A DNA stretch of 30,009 bases, taken from contig WJKG01000457.1 of the NCBI GenBank assembly GCA_014729205.1, positions 1 through 30,009 on the forward strand. Direction: 5' to 3'. Made by a program: the position numbers and the translations under genes. This document shows positions 1 through 8,362 of the stretch, piece after piece; positions within the stretch are counted from its first letter, which is position 1; each line of letters starts with the position of its first letter. Origin of the DNA: a candidate division GN15 bacterium (GTDB taxonomy: Bacteria; Zixibacteria; MSB-5A5; GN15; FEB-12). A model generated the notes under the pieces. That model was not told the DNA's origin. It did not search any database and saw nothing but the letters and a program-made list of their open reading frames with translations.

Positions 1-511
1 CGATGTGATTGTCCTTGATCAACACCATGTCATACAGGCCGATACGATGATTGGTGCCGCCACCGTGTGCCACAGCCGCCTTCTCCAGCATACGCATGCC
101 GGGCGTAGTCTTGCGAGTGTCCAGTATGCGGCAGCCGGTGCCTTTCACGCGATGGACGAACTCACGCGTCAAGGTCGCCACACCCGAGAGATGGGCCAGG
201 AAGTTCAGGGCCACCCGCTCGGAAATCAGCACCGTTTGATTGAAACCCTGAATAGTGACAATAGTATCCCCCGGCTCGAAACTGTCACCATCGGACTTGA
301 CTGGCGTCACGGTGTTGGCAGAGTCGACCAGCTCGAAGGCGAGCAGTGTCGGCTTGAGCCCGGAAAGCACCCCCGGCGCCTTGGCAATAATTACTGCGTC
401 GACGGGATTGGGCTCGAGGCATGCCAGGGATGTGATATCGCCCGGGCCGATGTCTTCATCGAGGGCACGCTTGACAATATCGACTGTCGTATCGAGTGAG
501 TTCTTGGTCAT
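1..511 (-). CDS. nadC: Nicotinate-nucleotide diphosphorylase (quinolinate phosphoribosyltransferase), 3' end runs off the window
   Basis: Not in the ORF track. My translation of the minus strand from ATG at 511 gives MTKNSLDTTVDIVKRALDEDIGPGDITS...ERVALNFLAHLSGVATLT...ILDTRKTTPGMRMLEKAAVAHGGGTNHRIGLYDMVLIKDNHI. EDxxxGDIT, ERxALN, DTRKTTPG and HRxGLxDxxLIKDNH are QPRTase motifs. Confidence 0.96.
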   Translation of the reverse strand, partial: MTKNSLDTTVDIVKRALDEDIGPGDITSLACLEPNPVDAVIIAKAPGVLSGLKPTLLAFELVDSANTVTPVKSDGDSFEPGDTIVTIQGFNQTVLISERVALNFLAHLSGVATLTREFVHRVKGTGCRILDTRKTTPGMRMLEKAAVAHGGGTNHRIGLYDMVLIKDNHI

Positions 512-531
512 AGCTGCAATGAACGCGCGAG

Positions 532-560
532 TTGGCAAATGTCAATTGACAATTTATATT
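532..560 (+). promoter_or_regulatory. Sigma70-type promoter for ilvC (probably leaderless)
   Basis: TTGGCA (532-537), 17 bp, TATATT (555-560), 6 nt, ATG at 567; no Shine-Dalgarno sequence. Confidence 0.7.
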
Positions 561-566
561 GTGACT

Positions 567-1514
567 ATGTGCGCACTTAGCAAATCCAAGCCGACGATCG
601 CCATGCTTGGCTATGGATCCCAGGGCCGAGCGCTCGCGCTCAACCTGAAAGACTCCGGGTATGAGGTGATTGTCGGGCTGCCGTCGGGCTCCGCAACTCG
701 GGAGATTGCAGCAAGCGATGGAATGATGAATCTGCAGACGACCGACGAGGCTGCCGCCGGAGCCGAGGTGATATGCTTCGCCGTGCCGGATCACAGACAC
801 GCCGCCGTCTGGCGCGATCAGGTCGGCCCCTCGGCGAAGAGTGGGTCCGCGTTGTGGTTTTTGCATGGGCTGAGCGTTCACTTCGAGCAGGTACTGCCGC
901 CGGACGATGTCGATGTGTTCATGATAGCCCCGCACGCTCCGGGGCTCGCCGTACGCGAGCAGTATCTGGGCGATCGGTCGCTGTCCGCGTTCGTGGCGGT
1001 GCATCAGGATGTCTCCGGACGGGCGATGAAACAGGCACAGCGTCTGGCCGAGGGCATTGGCATCTCCCCCACGCGATTGGTCAAAACGACCTTTGAGCAC
1101 GAAGCGGTAGGTGATCTCTTCGGTGAGCAAGCTGTCTTGTGCGGGGGAATGTCGGCTTTGATTACAGCCGGATTTGAAACGTTGGTGGCGCGGGGGCTTG
1201 CGCCGGAGAATGCCTACCTGGAGGTAGCCTATCAACTCGACTTGATCATTTCCCTGGTCAAGCGCTACGGAATAGAAGGGATGCTGCGTCGGATTTCCGT
1301 CGCCGCGCGACTGGGGGCGGTGCAGGCCGGCCCGAAATTGATTGATGCACGCGTGCGCGAGACAATGCAACGGATTTTACAGCGGATAGACAGTGGCGAG
1401 TTTGCCCGCGAACTGCAAGACCTTGACAATGCTGCCCTGGCCGATCTCGACAAGAGCCTGGGTCGTCTGTCAAACGATGAACTTGAGCGGGCAGCCAGGA
1501 AGTTCCGTAGCTAG
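567..1514 (+). CDS. ilvC: Ketol-acid reductoisomerase family protein (short class I), divergent active site
   Basis: GYGSQG Rossmann motif, NLKDSG, DLFGEQAVLCGG, GFETLV..G..PENAYLE. Start placed at ATG 567 because the 255 start overlaps nadC. Confidence 0.88.
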   Translation: MCALSKSKPTIAMLGYGSQGRALALNLKDSGYEVIVGLPSGSATREIAASDGMMNLQTTDEAAAGAEVICFAVPDHRHAAVWRDQVGPSAKSGSALWFLHGLSVHFEQVLPPDDVDVFMIAPHAPGLAVREQYLGDRSLSAFVAVHQDVSGRAMKQAQRLAEGIGISPTRLVKTTFEHEAVGDLFGEQAVLCGGMSALITAGFETLVARGLAPENAYLEVAYQLDLIISLVKRYGIEGMLRRISVAARLGAVQAGPKLIDARVRETMQRILQRIDSGEFARELQDLDNAALADLDKSLGRLSNDELERAARKFRS

Positions 1515-1820
1515 ACCGCTTTGGATGAAGGGGGAAACGAGCTGCCGATGGGGGCAACATCTCAACGTTGCACTCGCTGGGGTCGGATGTGGCGGCTGTA
1601 TTCATAGAAACTGCACCAGAAGTCACATTTCCCTGCCTGTCCAATGTGCAATTTATGAACAGGGTTGCAATGGCAACAAACGCAATTGATGCGTCGCGCC
1701 CTAAGGCCTTGTCCCCCAATGCATACCACCAGACGAGCTCAAAGCAGCAGGGCAGGGCATACTGTTTGCTAATAGATGAAACAGTCTGGGAAGAGATTCT
1801 CAGATAGTTTGTTAGACCAG

Positions 1821-1849
1821 ACCCCCGACTGACCACCGGGGGTTTTTTT
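1821..1849 (+). terminator. Intrinsic terminator
   Basis: ACCCCCG-9 nt-CGGGGGT hairpin followed by a T run. Confidence 0.8.
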
Positions 1850-1908
1850 ATTGCCCGATCACTGCCTTTTCGCCTCTTCCTCTACTTCAAGGACCTTGAA
1901 TAATCATG

Positions 1909-1938
1909 TTGACCTATCCCCGGCTGCACGCGTAATTT
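1909..1938 (+). promoter_or_regulatory. Probable sigma70-type promoter for the HEAT-PPIase operon
   Basis: TTGACC (1909-1914), 18 bp, TAATTT (1933-1938), 8 nt, ATG at 1947; no clear SD. Confidence 0.5.
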
Positions 1939-1946
1939 CTGGCACC

Positions 1947-3944
1947 ATGAAACGTGTTCTCTGGTCGATACTTACTGTTGTTGTGATCGCCCTGTTTGCG
2001 GTCATCGGCTACTACATCTATGATGTCACCCGTCAACCGGGACGTGAGGAACTCCTGGCTGAGATCTCTCATGCTGAGGACGTTCGGAAGGTGACGCCGA
2101 TGCTGTCACAAGCACTGGAACACCCCGACCCGGAGATCCGAGGCCAGGCGGCAATCGGACTTGGCAGAATCGACGCTCCCGATGTCGGCCGGATGCTTCT
2201 GGGTATGTTGACCGACTCCAGCGAGATGGTAGCCCGGGACGCTGCCTTTGCGCTGGGACTAACTGAACAACACCAGTACGCTGATGATCTGCTGGATGTA
2301 GCGATCGATCTGCCGGCGACGTTGTTGCCGCCGGTCATCGAAGCCGCCGGTCGTCTGGCCGACACCGGTCAGTCGGACGTTGTTTCCCAGTTGACTACAT
2401 TCCTCTCGCACCCGGCGCCACAGGTTCGAGCGGCAACGTGTCGAGCGCTCTTTTTTGCGGGCGACAGATCGGTCAGTTCAGCGGTTGTGGAGATGGCTGT
2501 CCCGGAAACCGATCGCCAGGTTCGCCTGGAGGCGCTCTACCTGCTGGCCAGGTTCCAAGAGGCCGCCGCTGAACAGCTCTACGTGTTCTTTTTGGCTGAT
2601 CCTGATCCGTTCGCCCGCCAATCAGCCGTTCGTGGATTGGGGCACATCGAGGGTGAACAGGCCGAACACTATTTGGCAATAGCTTTGAATGATCGCGATC
2701 CCTCGGTGGTGGCACGCGCAATCCGAGAACTGGGTCAACGGGCCAGCGCAAGAGCCAGGGATCAACTGGCGCGCAAGCTCGGCGATGAAACCGACCCGCG
2801 ACTCATACGCCTGATTCTGGAATCAATGATAGTGCAGGACAACTCCGCCGGAGTGGAGGTGGCCCACCGCGTGCTCGCCGGCGACTATGAATACGGTCTG
2901 ATCGGGACCGCACTCAAGTATCTTGCCGTGTTCGAGAAACAGCGCGCCATCGCGCTGGTAGATTCCGTCGCCCATGCCGGCAACTCGTACTTGCGGGCTG
3001 CCTGTGCTGAAGCTTACGGGCAGATGCAACAATCCAATCTCGTGCCGCGGATGGCGGTACTGTTCAACGATGAGGACCCACTGGTTCGCAGGGCAGCTTT
3101 TGAGAACCTGACCACAATCGATGCGCAGAACCGACGCTTTTACATCGACAAGGCGCTCAACGACCCCGACTTCGCTGTTGTGGCTCAGGCGGTCGAGCAG
3201 ATCAAGACATTTGCATTCGACAACTACTTGACTGTGCTGGCAACCATGATGTCGATGCCGGCCGATACCGATATCGATGTGAGGCGCGCGATACTCGAAA
3301 CTGCTGCCTTCTTTCTTGAGCAAAACGCACAGGACTCGACAGCGTTGCAGATTCTGATCGATGGTATCATGGATCCGCAGTATGTTGTCCGCCGGGATGC
3401 CGCCGACGTGTACGACAGGCTGCTCGATGAGAACCGGTACAAAATGGTACCTCCGGCACCCGCGCTGTACTCGGTGGGGAAGATCGAGAACGCGTATGAG
3501 AAGTACCAGCGTAACCCATTTGCCGAGGTCGTTACTACGAAGGGGATTATCAAGCTGGAACTACTGTTTGATGCAGCGCCGCTGACGGTTATGAACTTCG
3601 TCGAGCTTGCCGGCGAGGACTTCTACCGCGGCCTGCTTTTCCACCGAATCATTCCCGGATTCGTCGCACAGGGTGGCTGTCCTCGTGGGGATGGCTGGGG
3701 CGGGCCGGGTTACTTCGTGCGCAGTGAGCACAATGACCTGCCCTACGAACGCGGCGCCGTCGGGATGGCCACCTCGGGCAAGGATACCGGCGGTTCGCAG
3801 TTCTTCATTACATTATCACCGCAACCACATCTCGAGGCAAACTATACCCTGTTCGCCCGCGTCATCGAAGGTATGGCTGTGGCCGAACAGCTGGTGGAGG
3901 GAGATATGATAGAGTCTATTACGATAGTAGAAGGTGCCATATGA
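1947..3944 (+). CDS. Membrane-anchored HEAT-repeat protein with C-terminal cyclophilin-type peptidyl-prolyl isomerase
   Basis: N-terminal hydrophobic anchor (MKRVLWSILTVVVIALFAVIGYY), repeated 'D.DP.VR..A..ALG' HEAT units, and cyclophilin motifs FHRIIPGFVAQGG and GKDTGGSQFFIT. Confidence 0.9.
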   Translation: MKRVLWSILTVVVIALFAVIGYYIYDVTRQPGREELLAEISHAEDVRKVTPMLSQALEHPDPEIRGQAAIGLGRIDAPDVGRMLLGMLTDSSEMVARDAAFALGLTEQHQYADDLLDVAIDLPATLLPPVIEAAGRLADTGQSDVVSQLTTFLSHPAPQVRAATCRALFFAGDRSVSSAVVEMAVPETDRQVRLEALYLLARFQEAAAEQLYVFFLADPDPFARQSAVRGLGHIEGEQAEHYLAIALNDRDPSVVARAIRELGQRASARARDQLARKLGDETDPRLIRLILESMIVQDNSAGVEVAHRVLAGDYEYGLIGTALKYLAVFEKQRAIALVDSVAHAGNSYLRAACAEAYGQMQQSNLVPRMAVLFNDEDPLVRRAAFENLTTIDAQNRRFYIDKALNDPDFAVVAQAVEQIKTFAFDNYLTVLATMMSMPADTDIDVRRAILETAAFFLEQNAQDSTALQILIDGIMDPQYVVRRDAADVYDRLLDENRYKMVPPAPALYSVGKIENAYEKYQRNPFAEVVTTKGIIKLELLFDAAPLTVMNFVELAGEDFYRGLLFHRIIPGFVAQGGCPRGDGWGGPGYFVRSEHNDLPYERGAVGMATSGKDTGGSQFFITLSPQPHLEANYTLFARVIEGMAVAEQLVEGDMIESITIVEGAI

Positions 3945-4756
3945 GGCACAAGCTACGAGCGACAACTGTGGCAATGGCCGCGCTGATCGTTGTGACCACT
4001 ACCGCCGTTGCCGCCGAGCCGGAGCGAATAGACCCCGAGGCGCTCATCGAGCAGATACTCACCGTCTACGAGCGACAGCATTCGCAGATTAAGGATATCA
4101 CGTTCGATGCTGAATACGTCGAAGGTGAGGAGAGCGATGAGGGGTTTGTTGAGAAGGTGCGCCTGATCAAGACCATCTACACGAAGTACACAAACGACTC
4201 AGCTCTGTATCGTGAAAAGTTCCACGAGTATTACAAGGATGGGGAATTGCAACCTGAGAAGGAACTGGAAAAGGAGGCGAAGGAGCGAATCAAGCGCCGA
4301 ATGGAACACAACCAACGAACGGCGGGACACCCCATGCTCGAACCGTTCTTCCCCGATCAGAGAGATGACTACAATATCACGTATGAAGGTGTGAACTACG
4401 ATGATGTCGAGGGTCATATCTGTCACGAATTCCTGGTGCGCTCCCAAGTCGAGGACGCAGATCACCTGAATGGTACGTACTACTTTGATGCCGACAGCTT
4501 CCGCCTGGTCAGGTGTGATTTCTCGCCGGCCAAGCTGGTCAAGAAGACGTTCTTTCGGCTCAACACTCTTGACATGACTATCGAATACGGTTTCGATGTT
4601 GACAGTACCTGGTGGTTGCCGACCCGGTTCGAGCTGGAGGGGTCGGGCAAGGCTGCCATATTCTTCGGAGTGAACTTCTCCGGAACCGAGTACTTCCGTA
4701 ACCCGCGAGTCAACACCGGGCTCGCCGATTCACTGTTCGAGGTAAATTATGACTGA
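3941..4756 (+). CDS. Exported hypothetical protein
   Basis: Signal-peptide-like N-terminus ([15 protein letters not shown]), ATGA overlap with the upstream stop, 271 aa. No family recognised with confidence. Confidence 0.75.
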   Translation: MRHKLRATTVAMAALIVVTTTAVAAEPERIDPEALIEQILTVYERQHSQIKDITFDAEYVEGEESDEGFVEKVRLIKTIYTKYTNDSALYREKFHEYYKDGELQPEKELEKEAKERIKRRMEHNQRTAGHPMLEPFFPDQRDDYNITYEGVNYDDVEGHICHEFLVRSQVEDADHLNGTYYFDADSFRLVRCDFSPAKLVKKTFFRLNTLDMTIEYGFDVDSTWWLPTRFELEGSGKAAIFFGVNFSGTEYFRNPRVNTGLADSLFEVNYD

Positions 4757-5252
4757 TACCAGCCCTGATATTCGCACGAAAATCGTGACGATCGACATCG
4801 CCGAAGGCCTCAATGTGATCTTCGGCATGTCGCATTTCATCAAGACCGTCGAAGATCTCTACGAAGTACTGGCGACATCATCGATGTCGCTGAAGTTCGG
4901 CATCGCGTTCTGCGAGGCCTCCCAGAAGCGCCTGGTGCGAACCGATGGAAACGACTCCGAACTGATTGACCTGGCGACTAAGGCTGCCCGCGATGTTGGC
5001 TGCGGCCACTCGTTCTTTGTTTACCTTCGCGATGGGTTTCCGATAAACGTTCTCAATCAGGTCAAGATGGTCCCGGAGGTGGTGAGGATTTTCTGCGCTA
5101 CCGCCAACCCGCTGCAGGTTATTGTTGCTGAGACCAACCAGGGCCGCGGTGTGCTGGGTGTAGTCGATGGACAGACACCGGCCGGGGTAGAAGGTGACGA
5201 GGACGAGAAGGAACGTATCGAGTTCCTGCGAAAGATCGGGTACAAGCGATAG
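4749..5252 (+). CDS. Adenosine-specific kinase family protein (PF04008-like)
   Basis: [59 protein letters not shown] are typical of this family. Confidence 0.88.
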   Translation: MTDTSPDIRTKIVTIDIAEGLNVIFGMSHFIKTVEDLYEVLATSSMSLKFGIAFCEASQKRLVRTDGNDSELIDLATKAARDVGCGHSFFVYLRDGFPINVLNQVKMVPEVVRIFCATANPLQVIVAETNQGRGVLGVVDGQTPAGVEGDEDEKERIEFLRKIGYKR

Positions 5253-5270
5253 CCAGGCGCCAGTTACTTA

Positions 5271-6059
5271 GTGCAAGCTCCAACCTTTACACGCAACAAG
5301 GCAGCTCTGGCGTCGCACTTCCAGCGAGATTGGGTACTGTTTGCCTATCATCTCGGTGATCTGGATGATTTCTATTTCCCGCACTGCCGATGGTTGGTGT
5401 GGCCAGCGGCGGACGATGTAAAGGAAGCGCTCCTCATTTACCGCCCGCCCGGCGAGAACAGTCCCAGTACGGTCATGGCCTTTGGCTTAAGCGAGGCCAT
5501 GGACGAGTTGCTGGTGGCCGTAAGGGACCAGCTGCCCGATCGCTTCTTCTGCCACTTTCAGAGCCACCACCGAGAATCACTCGGTAGTGGCTTTACACTG
5601 AGTCCGCTCGGACCTCACATCAAAATGCGCCTCGATGACCTCACGCGTGTCAATGACGACACCTTCGAGCAGGTCGTCTGGCTCGGTGGGGAGGATGAGG
5701 GCCGGATACAGTGTCTCATGGATAGGGGATACCCTGATGGCTACTTCTCACCCCATATGTTGGCAACCGGCCTTTATGTCGGCATAGAAGACGGCGATAA
5801 ACTGGTGAGCCTGGCCGGCGTCCACACGCACAACACCGAGCAACGCATAGCTGTGCTTGGCAACATCGTCACTCATCCGGACTACCGCGGGCGAGGCTTT
5901 GCAACGAAGGTTACATATGCTCTCAGCCGCCGGTTGGCTGAACAAGGTTTGCGGGTGTGTCTGAATGTAGCCCGTGATAACCAAGCTGCTCGGGCGTGCT
6001 ATCGATCACTGGGATTTGTCCACACGCACGATTATGAGGAAGGTGAGTTCTATCGGTAA
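5271..6059 (+). CDS. GNAT family N-acetyltransferase (FR47-like C-terminal domain)
   Basis: LGNIVTHPDYRGRGFA acetyl-CoA binding motif; N..A..CYRSLGF. Confidence 0.85.
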   Translation: MQAPTFTRNKAALASHFQRDWVLFAYHLGDLDDFYFPHCRWLVWPAADDVKEALLIYRPPGENSPSTVMAFGLSEAMDELLVAVRDQLPDRFFCHFQSHHRESLGSGFTLSPLGPHIKMRLDDLTRVNDDTFEQVVWLGGEDEGRIQCLMDRGYPDGYFSPHMLATGLYVGIEDGDKLVSLAGVHTHNTEQRIAVLGNIVTHPDYRGRGFATKVTYALSRRLAEQGLRVCLNVARDNQAARACYRSLGFVHTHDYEEGEFYR

Positions 6060-6075
6060 AAACTCGCCAGCGTAA

Positions 6076-6447
6076 TCACTTCTCTGACTTCTGACGATAA
6101 TCCTCAATGGCCGCTCGGATAGCATCGGAAGCGATATTCGAGCAGTGCATTTTCTTTTCGGGCAGGCCGCCCAGTGATTCTGCAACCCGGTCGCGCGTGA
6201 GCTCGTAGGCTTCATCGAGCGTCAGCCCCTTGATCATCTCCGTGGCCATGGAACTCGAGGCAATAGCGGCCGCACAGCCAAATGTCTTGAATCTCACATC
6301 GGCAATGCGCTCATGTTCGACCCGGATCATTATCTTGGTGACATCGCCGCACTCCGGGTTGCCAACCGATCCGACACCGTCGGGCTGGCTCATTTCCCCC
6401 GTATTGCGGGGGTTCTCGAAATGGTCAAGCACAGTTGAATTATACAT
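6076..6447 (-). CDS. iscU: IscU/NifU-type Fe-S cluster scaffold protein
   Basis: MYNSTVLDHFENPRN, GNPECGD, FKTFGCAAAIASSS, KMHCS; three Cys ligands present. Start at ATG 6447. Confidence 0.92.
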   Translation of the reverse strand: MYNSTVLDHFENPRNTGEMSQPDGVGSVGNPECGDVTKIMIRVEHERIADVRFKTFGCAAAIASSSMATEMIKGLTLDEAYELTRDRVAESLGGLPEKKMHCSNIASDAIRAAIEDYRQKSEK

Positions 6448-6455
6448 AGATCGGG

Positions 6456-6484
6456 AAGATAACACCTTGAGCGACTTCTGGCAA
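6456..6484 (-). promoter_or_regulatory. Sigma70-type promoter for iscU (leaderless or near-leaderless)
   Basis: Minus strand: TTGCCA (6484-6479), 17 bp ending in an extended -10 TGn, TATCTT (6461-6456), 8 nt, ATG; no SD. Confidence 0.7.
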
Positions 6485-6509
6485 CAGGATCTGCGCCGGC
6501 TGCTATACC

Positions 6510-6690
6510 TTTTCCACAGGTTTTGCACAGTTTGTCGATAAGTGTTGCAAAATACGTCAGAATGCGCGATTGGCAGGCATTTGTGGTCAATCTACGCCCG
6601 AGCTTTTTGTGGATAACCCCGGCCCAGTTCCGGCAGATGCCGTAAGTCTATGGTTAATTCCAGGTTTGGGCGCAAATTCAATGTGGAAAA
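6510..6690. promoter_or_regulatory. DnaA-box cluster A (candidate oriC or DnaA-regulated site)
   Basis: TTTTCCACA 6510-6518, TTTTGCACA 6521-6529, TGTCGATAA 6533-6541, TGTGGTCAA 6582-6590 (weak), perfect TGTGGATAA 6608-6616, TGTGGAAAA 6682-6690, all in one intergenic gap. Confidence 0.75.
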
Positions 6691-6720
6691 TCGATCAATT
6701 ATGCGTATAATCCTGTAACA

Positions 6721-7833
6721 GTGGTAATTGAGCTTGGCAAGAAAGAACAGGAACGAGTAATTCTGGTCGGGCTGGCCCGCTCATCGCGAGATCGCCAGCA
6801 TGTGACGGAATCCTTGACAGAGCTTGGCGAACTGGCCCATTCAGCCGAGGCCACGGTCGTGGGCCAGCGCATCCAGACGCGCAAAAAGCCCGATCCGGCG
6901 TACTTCATCGGCCGTGGAGTAGTCGATGAGCTCAGCGAGTTGATTGCCGAGACTCAGGCCAACAGCATCATTTTCGATGATTCCCTCTCCCCTGCCCAGC
7001 AACGAAACCTTGAAAAGGCCCTCAAGATTAAGGTCATCGACCGCCCTATTCTCATTCTGGACATTTTCGCTTCACGCGCTCGGACATCGGCCGCCCGCCT
7101 CCAGGTGGAGTTGGCCCAGCTCGAGTATACGTTGCCGCGGCTAACTGGTGCCTGGGTGCACTTTTCCCGGCAGTACGGCGGAATCGGCTCCAAGGGGCCG
7201 GGCGAAACGCAGCTCGAAATCGACCGCCGTCAAGTGCGCACCAAGATTGCCCATCTCAAACAGCGGCTCTCACGGCTGGACCGACAGCGTGCCACCCAGC
7301 GCAAGAGCCGGCAGGGATTGTTCAAGGTTTCTCTGGTAGGCTATACGAATGCTGGTAAGTCGACGTTGTTCAATAAGTTAACAAAGGGAGAAGTGCGCAC
7401 AGCCAACATGCTGTTCACGACTCTGGACTCAACTACCCGCGTGATGTCATCGGGCTATCCCTGCCGGGTTGTCTTCTCCGATACGGTAGGTTTTATCCGC
7501 AAGCTGCCCCACCAGCTCGTGGAGTCATTCAAATCGACTCTGGAAGAAGTTGTCCTGGCCGATATGCTGGTTCATGTGGTAGATTGCTCGGATCCGAAGG
7601 CTCAGGAGCATATTGATCAAACCCACGATGTGCTGGCCGAGATTGGCGCCGACCAGATTCCGGAGATACTGGTATACAACAAGATTGACCGGTGTCCGGA
7701 TTATCATCCGGGCTCTATCAATGGCAGCCGCGCCTATGCCATCTCGGCCCAAGAGGACCTGGGCCTGGCCGCCCTGCAGGCTGAGATCATTGCCGCCTCC
7801 AATCAGTTTATTCGCCAGAAAGCTGTGTCCTAA
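6721..7833 (+). CDS. hflX: Ribosome-splitting GTPase HflX
   Basis: VIDRPILILDIFA..A, LQVELAQLEY.LPRL, GPGETQLEIDRR, VGYTNAGKSTLFN, LFTTLD, DTVGFI..LPH.LV..F..TLEE, NKID. TATAAT at 6706-6711 lies 9 nt before the GTG start. Confidence 0.97.
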   Translation: MVIELGKKEQERVILVGLARSSRDRQHVTESLTELGELAHSAEATVVGQRIQTRKKPDPAYFIGRGVVDELSELIAETQANSIIFDDSLSPAQQRNLEKALKIKVIDRPILILDIFASRARTSAARLQVELAQLEYTLPRLTGAWVHFSRQYGGIGSKGPGETQLEIDRRQVRTKIAHLKQRLSRLDRQRATQRKSRQGLFKVSLVGYTNAGKSTLFNKLTKGEVRTANMLFTTLDSTTRVMSSGYPCRVVFSDTVGFIRKLPHQLVESFKSTLEEVVLADMLVHVVDCSDPKAQEHIDQTHDVLAEIGADQIPEILVYNKIDRCPDYHPGSINGSRAYAISAQEDLGLAALQAEIIAASNQFIRQKAVS

Positions 7834-7908
7834 AGCCCGCTATGGGGCAAAGTCCTCCGGGCATTGTGCCGATACAAAAAGATAACGGCAAAAACAGGAC
7901 AGGTTTAC

Positions 7909-8265
7909 ATGGCACATTCAATTCTCATTGTTGACGACAATCCCAATATGTCCTCGCTGCTGTCGGAGATGTTGGAAGTGTTCGATTTCGAATCTGAACG
8001 CGCCGGCGATGGTGACGAAGCACTTACGAAATTGGGAGACGGCAAGTTCGCCATGGTCATCACGGATATGCGTATGCCGAATATGACGGGGCTGGAACTG
8101 CTACAACAGGTGAAAGAGCGTTATCCAAAGATGCCCGTGGTCTTGATCTCCGGGTACTCAATGGGGGAGATCCAGGATGATCCCAACAGTCCGCAACCGG
8201 ATGGGTTCCTGGCGAAACCGTTCATGATGTCGGATATCGAGAAGCTGCTCAACTCGCTCCTCTGA
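7909..8265 (+). CDS. Single-domain CheY-like response regulator
   Basis: ILIVDDN, VITDMRMPNMTGLELL, VVLISG, AKPF; SD-like AGGACAGG upstream of ATG 7909. Confidence 0.92.
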   Translation: MAHSILIVDDNPNMSSLLSEMLEVFDFESERAGDGDEALTKLGDGKFAMVITDMRMPNMTGLELLQQVKERYPKMPVVLISGYSMGEIQDDPNSPQPDGFLAKPFMMSDIEKLLNSLL

Positions 8266-8298
8266 TTCGACCAGGCTGGCAACCACGAAGAAAGCTAC

Positions 8299-8328
8299 GG
8301 CCGGTGGCTCCGCATGGAGTCACCGGCC
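8299..8328. terminator. Probable bidirectional terminator between convergent genes
   Basis: GGCCGGTGGCTCC-GCAT-GGAGTCACCGGCC, a 13-bp stem with one G-U pair; AAAG nearby upstream and TTCTATTT downstream. Confidence 0.7.
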
Positions 8329-8362
8329 TTCTATTTGTCTCTCATCAATAGATACGCTGCGG

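Noticed and set aside
5-499. 164-aa plus-strand ORF, and the upstream extension of the 255..1514 ORF
   Set aside because: These are antisense shadows of nadC, which is clearly encoded on the minus strand.
1780-1835. Minus-strand GGGGG...CTGAGA...CCC resembling the 5' half of a TPP riboswitch
   Set aside because: The following GAACCTGA and GATAATGC...GCGxAGG elements are absent, and no thiamine gene lies downstream.
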